Assembly: GCF_009914755.1 (NCBI RefSeq)
Contig: NC_060936.1
Length of the DNA: 64,000 bases
DNA from: the human T2T-CHM13v2.0 reference genome, Homo sapiens
Reading direction: 5' to 3' (one strand)
Position numbers and translations under genes: made by a program
Notes under the pieces: model-generated
Databases searched by the model: none
Seen by the model: the letters and a program-made list of their open reading frames with translations, nothing else
Told to the model about the DNA's origin: nothing
Shown here: positions 43,898-56,068 of the stretch, piece after piece
Layout of the letters: each line of letters begins with the position of its first letter
Numbering within the stretch: the stretch's first letter is position 1

Positions 43898-45359
43898 TAC
43901 AATCATCAAATAGATGAAAAATGCTAACAAAACCCTGTTAGAGAGTCAGACACTCTGAAAGAGAGGAACCAGATTTGCCATATGAAGCTTCTTGGAGGCA
44001 ATGGAAAGGAGAATTACACTGGGGATTGATCAGTTCTGACTTTTATCTAAGAAAACTGGTCAGTATTCCCAACATATATCCAAGAAGCTGACAATTGTAT
44101 TACACTTTTAAAACAGCAGATGATATCAATTATAAAATTGTAGCATTCAGAATAATTTAACCAAGGGTGCCAGAGTAAATAGTCAGCAATGTGAATATTC
44201 TAGAGGCGTAAAGATTAATAATAGTGTGAGAACCAGGGACTACTGTTTACAGACAAGGAGTTAAACTCTCACAGCAGCTCTAGAGAAGACTTTTGAATTA
44301 ATGGCTAATTTCAAACAAAGCATTTAATGTCACCACTTGAAATGTTTCAGTAATAATTCAAATGGTTTAATTCTAAGCCACTTATGATTAAATTTCAAAT
44401 ATGCTAAGGTATTATTAGGCATTTATTGGAAAAATCATTTTTCCCCCTGCAAATTAAATGTTCTTCTTTGACAATGATTCAAGTTATGATGGGGATTCTT
44501 GTTTCCTTTTAATTATAGCTCAAACACTTATATGGATAATGCAGCAATATGATCACTATTTCATTTTGGAGCCATTATTACCGAAATGCAAAATATCTCA
44601 ATCTCTAACACACTCCCCCTCCTCTAGGTTTTCCTTTTAATCCCATAAAAGCATCTGTCTTTGATTTCAAGTGGAGTACCTGCTGTGCAGGATGCAATGC
44701 AAATCCAATTTGTGTGTAACAAAACCAAATGGGCTGAAATGAACTCTGCATTTTAAAGATGTTTTTGTTTAATCATCGCCATCACTCGTCTTTAATGAAT
44801 GCATAATCAAGTTAAACTTCAGGCAAGAAATGGAATGGCTCTTCTTAAGACAGAGAAAGCAAATTCTTGTGATATCCCTTATTGCTGATTTGCCTCCCGT
44901 TCCCATATTGGCAGGAGAGAAATAGGAACACTCTTCAAATGCATGCTATGGCAAACTGTTGAGAACCATGGCATGAGCAGTATCACTGCTCTTTTTTTTT
45001 TTCTTTCATAGTGTTTACAGTAGAAAATGAGGATGCAAGATTCCTGGGTTCTCATTTTGACCTTTTTTCCACATCTCACATAAAATATGAGGCATAATAC
45101 CGTATTTTGGAAGTTTGGAGGAGGATGTACCATGAGACATTTCTGTGCTAAATATATTTAGCCTAAATGTTGACATATGATTTCCTAATTACAGAGGATC
45201 TTTTTGACAGTGAAACTTCTGCAGTTCTTTCTTTTAGAAAGAGACTCTTACAAAGACCTCAAGGCATCAGATAACTTTTGTACAATCTTAATGCTGTTCA
45301 GATACAGATCAATTACAAACAAGGCAATGTGATGAGAAGATGTTTTATAATGGTACACT

Positions 45360-45500
45360 CTTATAGATCTTCTAATTTACTCATTTTCCAGATGAGAAAG
45401 CCAAGCACAAAATGTGCATTGACTAACATGAGGTCAGATGGTCAATGAGTGGGAGACTCAGAGCTGGAACACTGGTTTCTGGATCCTTAGTCTTTCCAAA
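45360..45500 (-). mobile_element. MIR
   Basis: cattttccagatgagaaagccaagcac...agagctggaacactggtttct. Confidence 0.65.
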
Positions 45501-47524
45501 GCAATATTAAAATACCACATTGTGTTACCACAGAGATGCATTGCAACAGAGATGGCAGAACTTAAAGTAAATATATTCTAGAAGGATTATTAAGTGGTAA
45601 ACTGTCACCATGAACTTTGTATTCAAGGTTAGTGTGACAGTAGGGTTAGGTACTGTGTCTGAATCTCAAAATATTGTTTTCAAGAAAAAATCTAGGGATT
45701 TATGGAATGCCAGGGTGCAGATTTCTACTGATTACTTTTAATGGGATAAGAATTGGGATTGGTTTTATTTATAGCTGATTTATACATGGTGGGATTTGCA
45801 AAACTCTGAGAGACTGCTTGAACACCTGCCATTATACCTGAAATTCCAACATTGCAAGTTATTTTCAGGTGATAAGGCATGGTCTTCTATTAGGGAGAAA
45901 TTCCTCTGGTGCAATAACCCTGTGGAACCAGCATCTGTTCTTTACCCTTTAATTTCTAAAGATTCACTAATTTCCTTTTTGATTAGGAACACCTCACTGC
46001 AAGCAAGGTGTTGCTACAATACTGTGATTGTATATGATGCTAAATTTTGATAATTAATGGGAAGGGTAAGGAAAGTTAGAGAATGGTGTCCAGGGCAAGA
46101 CTATTAGGTTCTGCAGTGAGGTGTTGCAGAGAGCAAGGGGAAGGACCAAAACTGAGAAAGCCTTAAAGCTAGATACCTCTACTCACAACTTATTTGAGGA
46201 GGCTGCCCCTGAGTTAAGTCACTTGGAAAGCAGATAGATCAATTTATATTCCCTTGTTCTTAACCTGTTCTGCTTGTCGTTTACCCGACCTATTCACATA
46301 AGAATCTGAATATTGGGTTTAGAATAGTTTTAAAATTTCCCGTATAGTGGGGAAAAATCACAGGCATAACAATTAAATTACATTCCGGGGGAATAGCATT
46401 TATATACTGTTTTATATTGACTAAGTATTTCATCTCATATCAGAGGACCACCAAATATCTTTCAATAACATTGTTCTAGGGAGACTAAAAGACACTTGTA
46501 TTCTTTCCTCCCTGAAAGATTTCAGTTCCCAAATTGTGCTAGCCAGTCAATGTGACCTCTTCACCCTCTGAAACTTTTTCATTTTTCTTTATATTGACAA
46601 AAATAAGACTTCTTTCAATAGTGATGTATTCTTTGCGCCTGAGGCCAGAAGGTCATCCATGTAAATGAGCCATGTAAACAGCCTGTTATGATCAGATTTT
46701 TTTGATGAGGGGGTGGGGGAAGAAATTAACATTACCTTGTACTTGGTTTGATGTGGTAGATAATTTTGAGCAGTAGACTGTGACCCAGGTGTCCACAAAT
46801 TAGATTATTTGGGGAGCTATACCTGCCAACTGAACTCTAGATGAAGGTGCACTGGTTACCAAAGTGTCCCATGTATAATAATTTTAAAAATTATTAAAAC
46901 CAGAAATCTTTTAAGGCCTTTTGCAATATAGGAGTCTCTATCAAAACCACAACGTATCTTTGTACCAATAATTCCGTTGTTATCAACCCACATGGCCACT
47001 GGATGTCCCCACTCTTCCTCAAATGCAGCTAAGGCATCACTTAACTGGCAGTTATAAAAACAATGCATTTTCCAGGGAACCTTCAGAAACATCCTGCAAG
47101 AGTTCTGGGTGTGCTTGGCAGGATTGTTTGTCCCTGGCAATAGCAGGACTGATTAGAAATGGGTAACTTAAGAGACTGAGTTCAGTGAGAAGAATTATTT
47201 GGCTCATGTCATTCTGTGTCATTGCAGATTTACTTCTGTAATCCTCTCCAATTGCTTTTTTTGTTTTTCCCTAAAAAGCTCTAAAAGGGGAGTAGCTCTG
47301 AGGATACTTCTGCTGTAATCATCAGAGGTGAAACAAGAATGAGTTGGAAAAGGTGAGAACATGGGAGAATGAGCATGACAACTTTACAACATACATGAGA
47401 AACTACTTCCTGGGAATGAAGGATAAAATGTATATGGTATTCTTTAGCATGGTGAAAGGTGTGAATTTTGATCACTCCTTTATTCTCAGCAATTGTACCT
47501 GATCAGTTATAGCCGTGCAACAAT

Positions 47525-47740
47525 TGACTGAACACTGGACTTAAGAGTTAAGACCAGGATTTGAATCTCATTTCTATTACTTGTTTCATGACATGTGACA
47601 AGTACGCTTTGTGTCTCTGAACCTTGGGCCCTTGTCTGTAAAATGGGGTGATATAGTGCTTTCCTCAGATTTCTTGGGAAACTTAAATTATATTTTTTAT
47701 ATGAAAGAACCTAGGACACAGTGGTTACAGAATAACTGTC
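47525..47740 (+). mobile_element. MIR
   Basis: ggatttgaatctc...tctctgaacctt...tctgtaaaatgggg. Confidence 0.75.
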
Positions 47741-48299
47741 AAATTTCTTAAGAATTTGGGAGGCAATTAAAAGTTAAATAAGGATTTTATAACTTCAAAA
47801 GATCTGTGGTTTAGTTACAATAGAAATAGAAGGATTTAGTGTTACTTACAATATATTTTAATATCTATTCAGAGTTAATAAAAATTATTTAACGACATCA
47901 GCTCCCCCTTTGCAATTGTCCCAAAGGAAGAATTATACATAGCTAGTGAATGCCTCACCTAAAAAGGAAAAAAAATCCCAAAGCCTTGGAAAGTGGAACC
48001 TTCTTAAAAGGAAAGCACTACAGATACTTAGCTAATTCTTAGGATTTAGAGAAAAGGAAGGAGAGTGTGAATGAAATGAATTTCTTTACTGGTGACTAGC
48101 TGAAGTACAGAACTCTGTGCAAAGTTGAGACAAAGTGACTTTGCACCATCAATCTCTTGGCAGCGTAGAAGTCAAAGGGAGAGGACAAAGTGCAGTAGAA
48201 TCTGGGTCATTTCTTCTTCACCTAGGGTCTGAAACATTAAGAGAATATGGAAAACAGGATTTTCTTCTCCTAAAAGACTCCATCAGGCTCTCAAATGAA

Positions 48300-48979
48300 G
48301 TTTTGTTTCTCTAATTCCATTCTACCACTAGACTATTTTATTTTCGTTTGGGGAAAACAATAAAACTTGCTTGTAACTAAGGAGCAGTCCCGGCACTCAG
48401 TTCCTGCTGGGAAAACAGTACTGGGGCTCATCTACTGGGAGAGTACTCATGCTCCCTTCTAAACACTGACTGCCAGGCTCCTAATTAATATTTCTCAAAG
48501 GAGGAAGCTAACTTTGTTTTTTGGCTATGTATTCTCTACAATAGCACCAATATCTCTATATAGATTAGCAATTTAACAGCAACAACACATCCCCACCACC
48601 ACCTCCCCGCCAAAAAAAATCAGATAGTACTTCTGGCATTGGCAACTTAAATAAAAATTAACTTAGAGATACAGTCTGGTTTGAATGACTGAGAGTAAGA
48701 TTCTAAATCTTTAGCTTTGGCTCAGTTGAGTCTAAACTGCTGAGAGATTTGGTAGCTCAGGAGTTGGGTGGATAAAGAAATCATCCAATTGGGGTCCATG
48801 GCCAAGGCATAACTCTTGTAAATTGGGCTTAGCTAGCCTATCGAGAGCTTTCATTGACGTTTTGTTTTTTCTAATTCCATTCTATCACTAGACTATTTTA
48901 TTTTCATTTGGGGAAAACAGTAAAGCTTGTTTGTAACTAAGGAGCAGTCCGGCACTCAGTTCCTGCTGGGAAAACAGTA
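48300..48979. repeat. Dispersed direct repeat, ~121 bp x2 (48300-48420 and 48859-48979)
   Basis: gttttgttt..ctaattccattcta(c/t)cactagactatttt...ttcctgctgggaaaacagta; about 6 substitutions and 2 one-base indels by hand alignment. Confidence 0.95.
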
Positions 48980-49474
48980 TCCTCGCAATGTAACCATGCA
49001 AGGTTCTGCATGCAGGAAAGTGCAAGCTCTGCTGCCTTTAAGATTCTTGTACCCAAGACACAGACATGAGTTTACCAAGAACTGGGATAAAGTCTCATTG
49101 ATGTTTTCCTTTTTTGGAAACTTATCCTATGTCCTGATTATAGTTAAACCCTTTTACTCATTCAATAACTGCCAACGGGAAAAGAATATTTCCCATTGCA
49201 ATAAAAATGATGCAGTTGAAATTAGTTTTTCAGTTTGGGTACTAGCTGGGCTTTGTCTGTCCAAACTGTCTCTTCATGTCCTCATGTGTTCTACCTGCTT
49301 ATAATTTGGAAGATGGCTAAATAAATAAATAAATAACTAAGGAAAGGGCCAGAATAAAACTGCCAAGCAAAGTTGGCTCTTCTGTCTGAGAAATGAACTT
49401 CAACCTAATTGGCCCTAATCAGTTGAATTACCCACCACAAAAGTCTCAATTGAGCTCATTTTTTGTGCAGCAAA

Positions 49475-49634
49475 TTCATTCACAGAGCTTGTTTACAGTA
49501 CAGCGTCTTGGGCCTCATTCCTAGAGATTTTGATTCAGTTGATCTAAGGTAGGACTCAAGAATCTGTACTTTTAATAATCACTACCTGTGGCTCATACTC
49601 AGATGGTTCTTGGAACAAACTTTGAGAAACATTG
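49475..49634. mobile_element. MER5B-like hAT element
   Basis: agagattttgattcagttgatct...caagaatctgtactttt...ctttgagaaacattg. Confidence 0.75.
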
Positions 49635-49899
49635 GTGAATGATGTCTGAGTCATTTGAATTAACTAGAGAAGACTAGTCAGGGTGCTGTGAGGAAACAAA
49701 GCTTTACGTTCCTCCTAAGGGAAGAGAGGTGATGAGACAGGGATACTGGGGGTAGAGAGAGGCAGCGAGGAAACAAAATTGGCTAAGTGTCTGTAGTATT
49801 GATTGCTGTATTCACACATCCTGGGAGATATATGAAAATTTCCTTTCACCACCAGATAACTACTACCCAGTATGCATTTAGGACTGTGGGCCACACATA

Positions 49900-50155
49900 G
49901 TTTGGAGGTTAGAGGGGCCAAGAGCATGGACTCTAGGACCAGCCTAAGTTTGACTTTTGGCTCTGCCACTTATTAGCTATGTGACTCTGGCAAAATGATT
50001 TAATCGCCAAGTGGTTTTGTTCCCCTCATCTGTAAAATGGGAATGATAATAGTATTTGTCTCATAGAGTTGTGAAGTTGAAACGAATGAATATAAGTAAA
50101 AGTGCTCAGAGCAGTGTCTGCTTAGAAAGTGCTAGATAAAGGTGAGCCATTACTA
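49900..50155 (+). mobile_element. MIR
   Basis: ggctctgccacttattagctatgtgactctggcaa...ctcatctgtaaaatgggaatgataatagta. Confidence 0.9.
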
Positions 50156-50658
50156 CTCTTTTAATCGATGCTTGGCTGGGAAGGACGAGGATGCAGGTAA
50201 AGCTGGAAAATGAGGCAAAGGGGATGAGGTCACTCTGAAAAGAAGGAAAAATGTAGAGCTTGTGAGGCCTTAAATTTTGCCAAGCCATTTTGTGACTAGA
50301 CTTCAGTTATTTAAAAATATCTCTATCTTGTAAACTTCTCTGTATTGGAACTTCTGCATTTTCAGACTTTGTTTTGGATTTTGTTTTGCTTTGCTTCTTG
50401 GGGAAGCCTGTATGAAAAATATCAGCATTAATATAAAGGAATTAGTACCCCAGATCATTAATTCTTGGGCTTCAGAGGGTTTCTGAAATAAAAGTTTACT
50501 TGTACTAGATATTTAAGTGCGTTTATGGATCTTAGGTAAAAATATTTGCCCCACCAAATTCTGTAAGAGTACTGGGACACCAAAAGGTTAAAAATCATCC
50601 TCTAGGAACCAGCTTCTTTGTGGCTTCTTTCTGACCCCACTTTCTGTGACTCCAGAAG

Positions 50659-50878
50659 AGCTGGTACTCAAAACAAGGGTAGTCTTGACCCCCCTCCTCT
50701 GGAATCATTTGGCCATGTCTTGAGATATGTTTGTTATCACAACTAGGTAGTGCTAGTGGCATCCAGTGAGTAGAAGACAGAGATAGTACAAAAAATCTTA
50801 AAGTGCACAGGACAACCACCCCCAACAACGAATTATCCAGTCTAAAATGTCAGTATCGTTGAGGTTGAGAAGCCCTAC
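50659..50878. mobile_element. MER20
   Basis: catttggccatgtcttgagata...ttatcacaact...gctagtggcatccagtgagtaga...gcacaggacaac...gaggttgagaagccct. Confidence 0.88.
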
Positions 50879-52433
50879 CTTAGAGGTAACATCAGCAGAA
50901 GTCCAACTGAATACTGGGGGCAGGTCTGGTGAAGCTGAGCACTTAGAGGGGGAGGAGTAGCAGAGCTGGGGACAAGAGAGATCATTATTCCATGAGCAAT
51001 GGTATGGGCTTCCTGTCAGTGCTATGCCAGATGCCAATGGCAACTTATCTTGGTGAATGTAGGAGATACTCCTACCAGAACCCTCTTTGGGTCTTCATGA
51101 CTTGGTACTACAGGGGCACACTCTTACCATGTTGAGTCTCACCACTTACTCTATTCATAGATCAGATGTCAGGCTCACTGAAAATTTGGATGTTTGATTC
51201 AAAAGCAGACACACTTAAATTCTTTTTCTGTAGCATAGACTTTATCAGGGGAGACATTTCCTCACGTGGGTAATGAGGTCCCTATAATAATTAGCACTAA
51301 TTGAGATCCAGGTAGGCAGCTTAAGTAGAAAGGCTGACAACTAAATCACTCATAGTGGTGACCCAGGGGACTAGTCTCATAGGTCCTCATTTAGTCAGAA
51401 AGAAGGAGGCAGAATTCAGTGACTTTAGTAAGTTTTCAGGAAGGATTACATTTGTTATAAACAATTAGCAAAATATTTATTTGAGCTAAATGCTGTGAAC
51501 GAAACACACACATACACATACACACACATATACACACTTCTCTCAAGAAGAGTCTGATCTTTATCTCATTATATAGAGAGATCAAGAGCCAGCAGGATTA
51601 TTCTTTGAATAATATATAGGTTCTGTCTAGTAGCCTGGGGACAAGATCACATGGGTCCCAGTTGTGTCCCTAGAGTGTCTTTCTGTGACTCTCACTTAAC
51701 TTTTCTACAGTCTCTTCATCATTAAAATGGCCTAAACCTTTATTATTTTCTGTTCTTTGGAAGCCCTTCCTTACCTCTGGAGAACTACATTTGAAGGTGA
51801 GGCTGTATCACAGAGGGCTGTGTAATTTAAAGAGCTGCAAGTTCATTAACTTTCTAGAGTTATATCCTAGTTTGTAGGATAAATAGAATGGGTGTGAGAA
51901 AGAAAATCATGAAAAAAATTCCTTTTAGATGGATCACAGATTAGGAAAAATTCAGTGAAAAAACTGGAAGAGGCCTGCTTTGGAAATAAGGTGTACACTG
52001 TTTAGACCTTAGCTTTGTCGTACAGACCTAGGGAATAGAAGCCCATGAAAGTTTGCAGGATTTTGACAGTTTCTCTCCAATCTTTCTGCTGAAAGTATAG
52101 AATAAGGAGTGATCCAGATTGCACAGGGGTGAATTTTCCATAATCCAGGACTAAATGTGGCAGATGCCAAATTTATGAGTGTTAGTAATCTTCACCCTGT
52201 TGTTCTTGGGATTTTTCCATGAGGAGAGAAAAGAAAGAATTATCTGGATTCTAGTTCCAGCCTTGCCACTACCTAAAAAAAAAAAAAAAGTTTCTTTATA
52301 TGCCAAGAAGAAGGAATTGAACCAGATGACATTTAACTTCCTGTTCAGAATTACATTTCTATAAACTCAGCTCCATGATGTTTCAAGAGCACTAAATTCA
52401 ATCCAAAACAACTTTCTACAATAGAAGTGTCTC

Positions 52434-52716
52434 TTTTTTTAAGTCTTGCTCTGTCACCCAGGCTGGAATGCAGTGGTGTGATCTAGACTGACTGCAACCT
52501 CTCCCTCCTGGGCTCAAGTGATCCTCCCACCTCAGCCTCCTGAGTAGCTGGGACTACAGATGCATGTCACCAAGCCAGGCTGATTTTTGTATTTTTTGTA
52601 GAGATGGGGTTTCACCATATTGGCCAGGTTGGTCTCAAACACCTGGACTCAAGTGATCTACCTGCCTTGGCCTCCCAAAGTGTTGGGATTACAGGCATGA
52701 GCCACCGCACCTGGCC
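52434..52716 (-). mobile_element. AluJb-like
   Basis: Full dimer; ctgggctcaagtgatcctcccacctcagcc; degenerate TSD agaagt(g/t)tct. Confidence 0.93.
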
Positions 52717-54578
52717 TATGACAGAAGTTTCTATGAGAAACAGAACAACATTTTTGTGATCTACAATCCTGGAACTCCTCAATCCTGAACGAGATTTCAA
52801 ACTCAGATCTTATCCTGGTCAAATATATCACCAGAATTAATTTACTGCTAGTGGTCCAAGCTTGAGCCTACGCTGCTGTCACCTAGGCCATTGGTCACAT
52901 CTGCTCCTGTTGGCAAGGCCAAGCCAGTGAGGTCACTCACCAGGAACCTATTTGTACAAAAGACCTATGAACTCTGTGCATTCTCTGTCCAGGGAAGAAA
53001 TTCTTGGAGAAGAGAGTGCTAGGCACCCAAGCTTGCTCTAACTACTAGCCTTGGTAGTTGAAAGAGCTTTGAGTACATACATAGTAGTGTCCACTATTTC
53101 TATTTTCCTCTTTCCACTGATATCTCACAAGACCTGAGAGTGCCTGGCTGCTCTGCATTGGTATTTGTGTGGCAGAGTGGAGCACAAAATGGGGAAACCC
53201 TTCAGCAGGGAGCAAAAGTATGGCTTTGGGAAATTGAGGGCTTCAGAATATAGCATCAAAAAGACTCCAGCAGAGTAACACTGTTTGCAGTCAAGATATC
53301 TAGGGGTTCTGACAAGGGTCTCTGGCAATGGTAATACCTGGGGTGGTCTTTGGATCACTGGGAAGCAGGACCCTTGTGGTTGTGGTCTCACTGTGAGTGC
53401 ATGCTGCAGCTATGCTAACAGGACTCTCTTGAGTGGCTTTTTAGGGAGTGTATGTGTTGGAGAGGAGATGTGACACAACAATGACGTATTTCACATGGAG
53501 TGGAGAAAGCTCTTCCTTGAGAACTTGTAAAGCACCCTTGGGTGGGATGTCGGAGTGGGACCAAAGCTCCCATTACAGTAGGTCCAGGGGAGAATCTAAG
53601 AAACACAGTGCATAAATGTAAATGTGGCCTCCTGTTTTCACTCTTTCTCCTCTGCTCTAATTCCACAGCCTCAACCTCCTTCTGCTAACCATCTCCATCC
53701 CCAGGCTGGTGTCCTAAAAACCATTCCATCAGAGGTAACATCTCATGGAAAGTCTGAATAGAACAGAGCTAAAACCATTGCTGTGCTGGGTACTGCAATG
53801 TTTGAAAGCAATTCTTGTATAAAAGTTGGAAATAGAAATGATTTTGAGGGGTTTCAGGATAATTTGATGGCAAATTTGGAATGATAATGTCGAGAATACA
53901 GGGAAGATGCTAAAAGGAGCACCCAAATGGAATATCTTGGAGCAGAATTTGTACACATACCACAACTTCTTAGAAAAGAGCCACAGCATATGTTGTGCTA
54001 CCAACCTTACCTGGTGGTCCTAGCTTGGAATGGACAAATAATCAGCATAAGTTCCATGACTTTTCCAGTTCCAAAATCAAGTACAATTGCTTAATTGCAC
54101 TAAGCTTCCTACCCTGACATTCCAGATCTGGACCTCTGTAATGGTCTCCAATATGTATTTTATTTTGCTTCCTGGCATCCATTTACCCTGTTTTTGGCAA
54201 CTGTACTCCAATTTTCCTCTGGTAGACTACTCTATTCAACTTTCTATTCACCGTCTTCATTCCTCTGTAGTCGTCTCCAGCTTCAGAGACAGGCAGCGGG
54301 ATAGAACCCTGGGTAATTAGAGAATTATACTGCTCTGATCACAGTGATTGGCTCAGAAATATTCCCATGACCCACTGGAATCAATGAGAGGTACTGAGAC
54401 AGTTGCTGGAACTTGTGAGAAAGAAGCTCTCTTTAGCTTGTTTTCTGCAGCCATCTGGTGACCATGAAATAAGAGCCTGGCTCAGCATGAAGCCAACATG
54501 AAGGAGAGTAGAGGCAGATAATGGAAAACGAGGCGTTGGGTCCTGACATTATCACGAGTTTTCCATAACTCAAGGGAC

Positions 54579-55645
54579 TGGAACTGGCTTCACCGTCATA
54601 CATCCTGTACAGTTTGCACAGGGCTCCATGATCAGAAGGGCCTTGTGCTTTGTTCAATGCTCTGCTGTTGCTATGTTGAAAATCTTAATACATTTTATGT
54701 TTGAATTTGTATTGTGTAAATAAAGTCCAGTGAGACAATGGAGCATGTATGTGAACAGAGGAGCACATGAAATCAGCATGCCTGCCATTCCTTGCTATGC
54801 CATTTGCATATAGTGACCCACGAGTGCAGACCTCCAGCCAGCCCCTTACAGCCCCCAGTGTGCAGAGGTTCAGTGACTCAAAGTGAGTACGAGGTATGTT
54901 GATGGCTGAGACAGTGGTGTGCTGACAACCTGGAAAGCCATGCTTTCCCTTAGAATCAGAACTTGCTTCAAATGCAGAAAGAAGGCCATGACATTTTAAG
55001 AAAAACAAATGGCCAAAGAGCCCTGTTAGAACCTTTCTTTTATATCACTTCGCCGTATTACTCAATCATTTACACTGGAAATAATAATGACACAGATGGA
55101 AAGAGAAAGAAAGAAAAACCCAGAGTTGCTTATCCTTTTAAGTCTTTCTTCACTCATTGATGAATGTAGAATAGAGGGTGTTGGCAGAATGTGTATCAAG
55201 AAGTGAAATAACATCACAGTTGAGTTAGTTTTTGAAGCTTTTCCACTATTCTGGTAAAAATGATACATATATGTACAGATGCATGTATGAGCTATGAAAT
55301 ATAAATTCAGCAATTTTAGTGTTCTACACATGACTTAAGAGCTCTTGTATTTACATTTAAAACTGATTTTGCACAATATACGGATAAATGGTAAAACTCA
55401 TGCTGATAACTAAAAATTTTAGTTTTTCTTTGTGTAGAAACACTTAAGTAGCAAAACCAAAATCATCCCTAAACTCCAGAAAACCCGCACAACAAAACCA
55501 CCATTACAAGTAAGAGTGAGACCACAGGAGGAAAAAAGAGCCTTATATTTCAGTATCGTGAGTCACACTTTTCTCCTACTTTTTGAAGTTGGAGAACCAC
55601 ATTTTCATTTTTCACTGGATTCTGCAAATTTTACAGCCAGCTCTG
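54579..55645 (+). mobile_element. Full-length MER45B (hAT-Tip100) DNA transposon
   Basis: Degenerate TIRs tggaactggct / agccagctctg; 8-bp TSD caagggac (54571-54578) and caagtgac (55646-55653); cacagggctcc...cagaagggcc...aatgctctgctg. Confidence 0.85.
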
Positions 55646-55654
55646 CAAGTGACT

Positions 55655-56068
55655 TGTATTGATTTGCTAGGGCTGCCATAAAAAAATACCACAGAATAGG
55701 TGACTTAAACAACAGAAATTTACTTTTTCACACTTCTGGAGGCTTAGAAGTCCAAGGTTTAAAGTTCTGGCAGGGTTGGTTTCCTCCGAGGCCTCTGTCA
55801 TTGGTTTGCAGGTGGTTACCTTCTTTCTACCTCTTACCATGGTCGTTTCTCTGCGCATGCGTGCCTCTGATGTCTCTCTGGGTGTCCAAGTTTCCTCTTC
55901 TTTAAGCACCCCAGTCAGTTGGCATTGGGGCCCCTCCATATAACCTCATTTAACTTTAATTATCTCCTTAAAGACCTGATCTCCAAATATAATCACATAC
56001 TTGTGAATGAGGGAGGATTAGGGCTTCAGCCTATAAATTTGAGAGGGGGGCACAATTCAGCCCGAATG
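55655..56068 (-). mobile_element. MLT1B solo LTR
   Basis: tgtattgatttgctagggctgccata...cttaaacaacagaaattt...gggcacaattcagccc. Confidence 0.9.
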
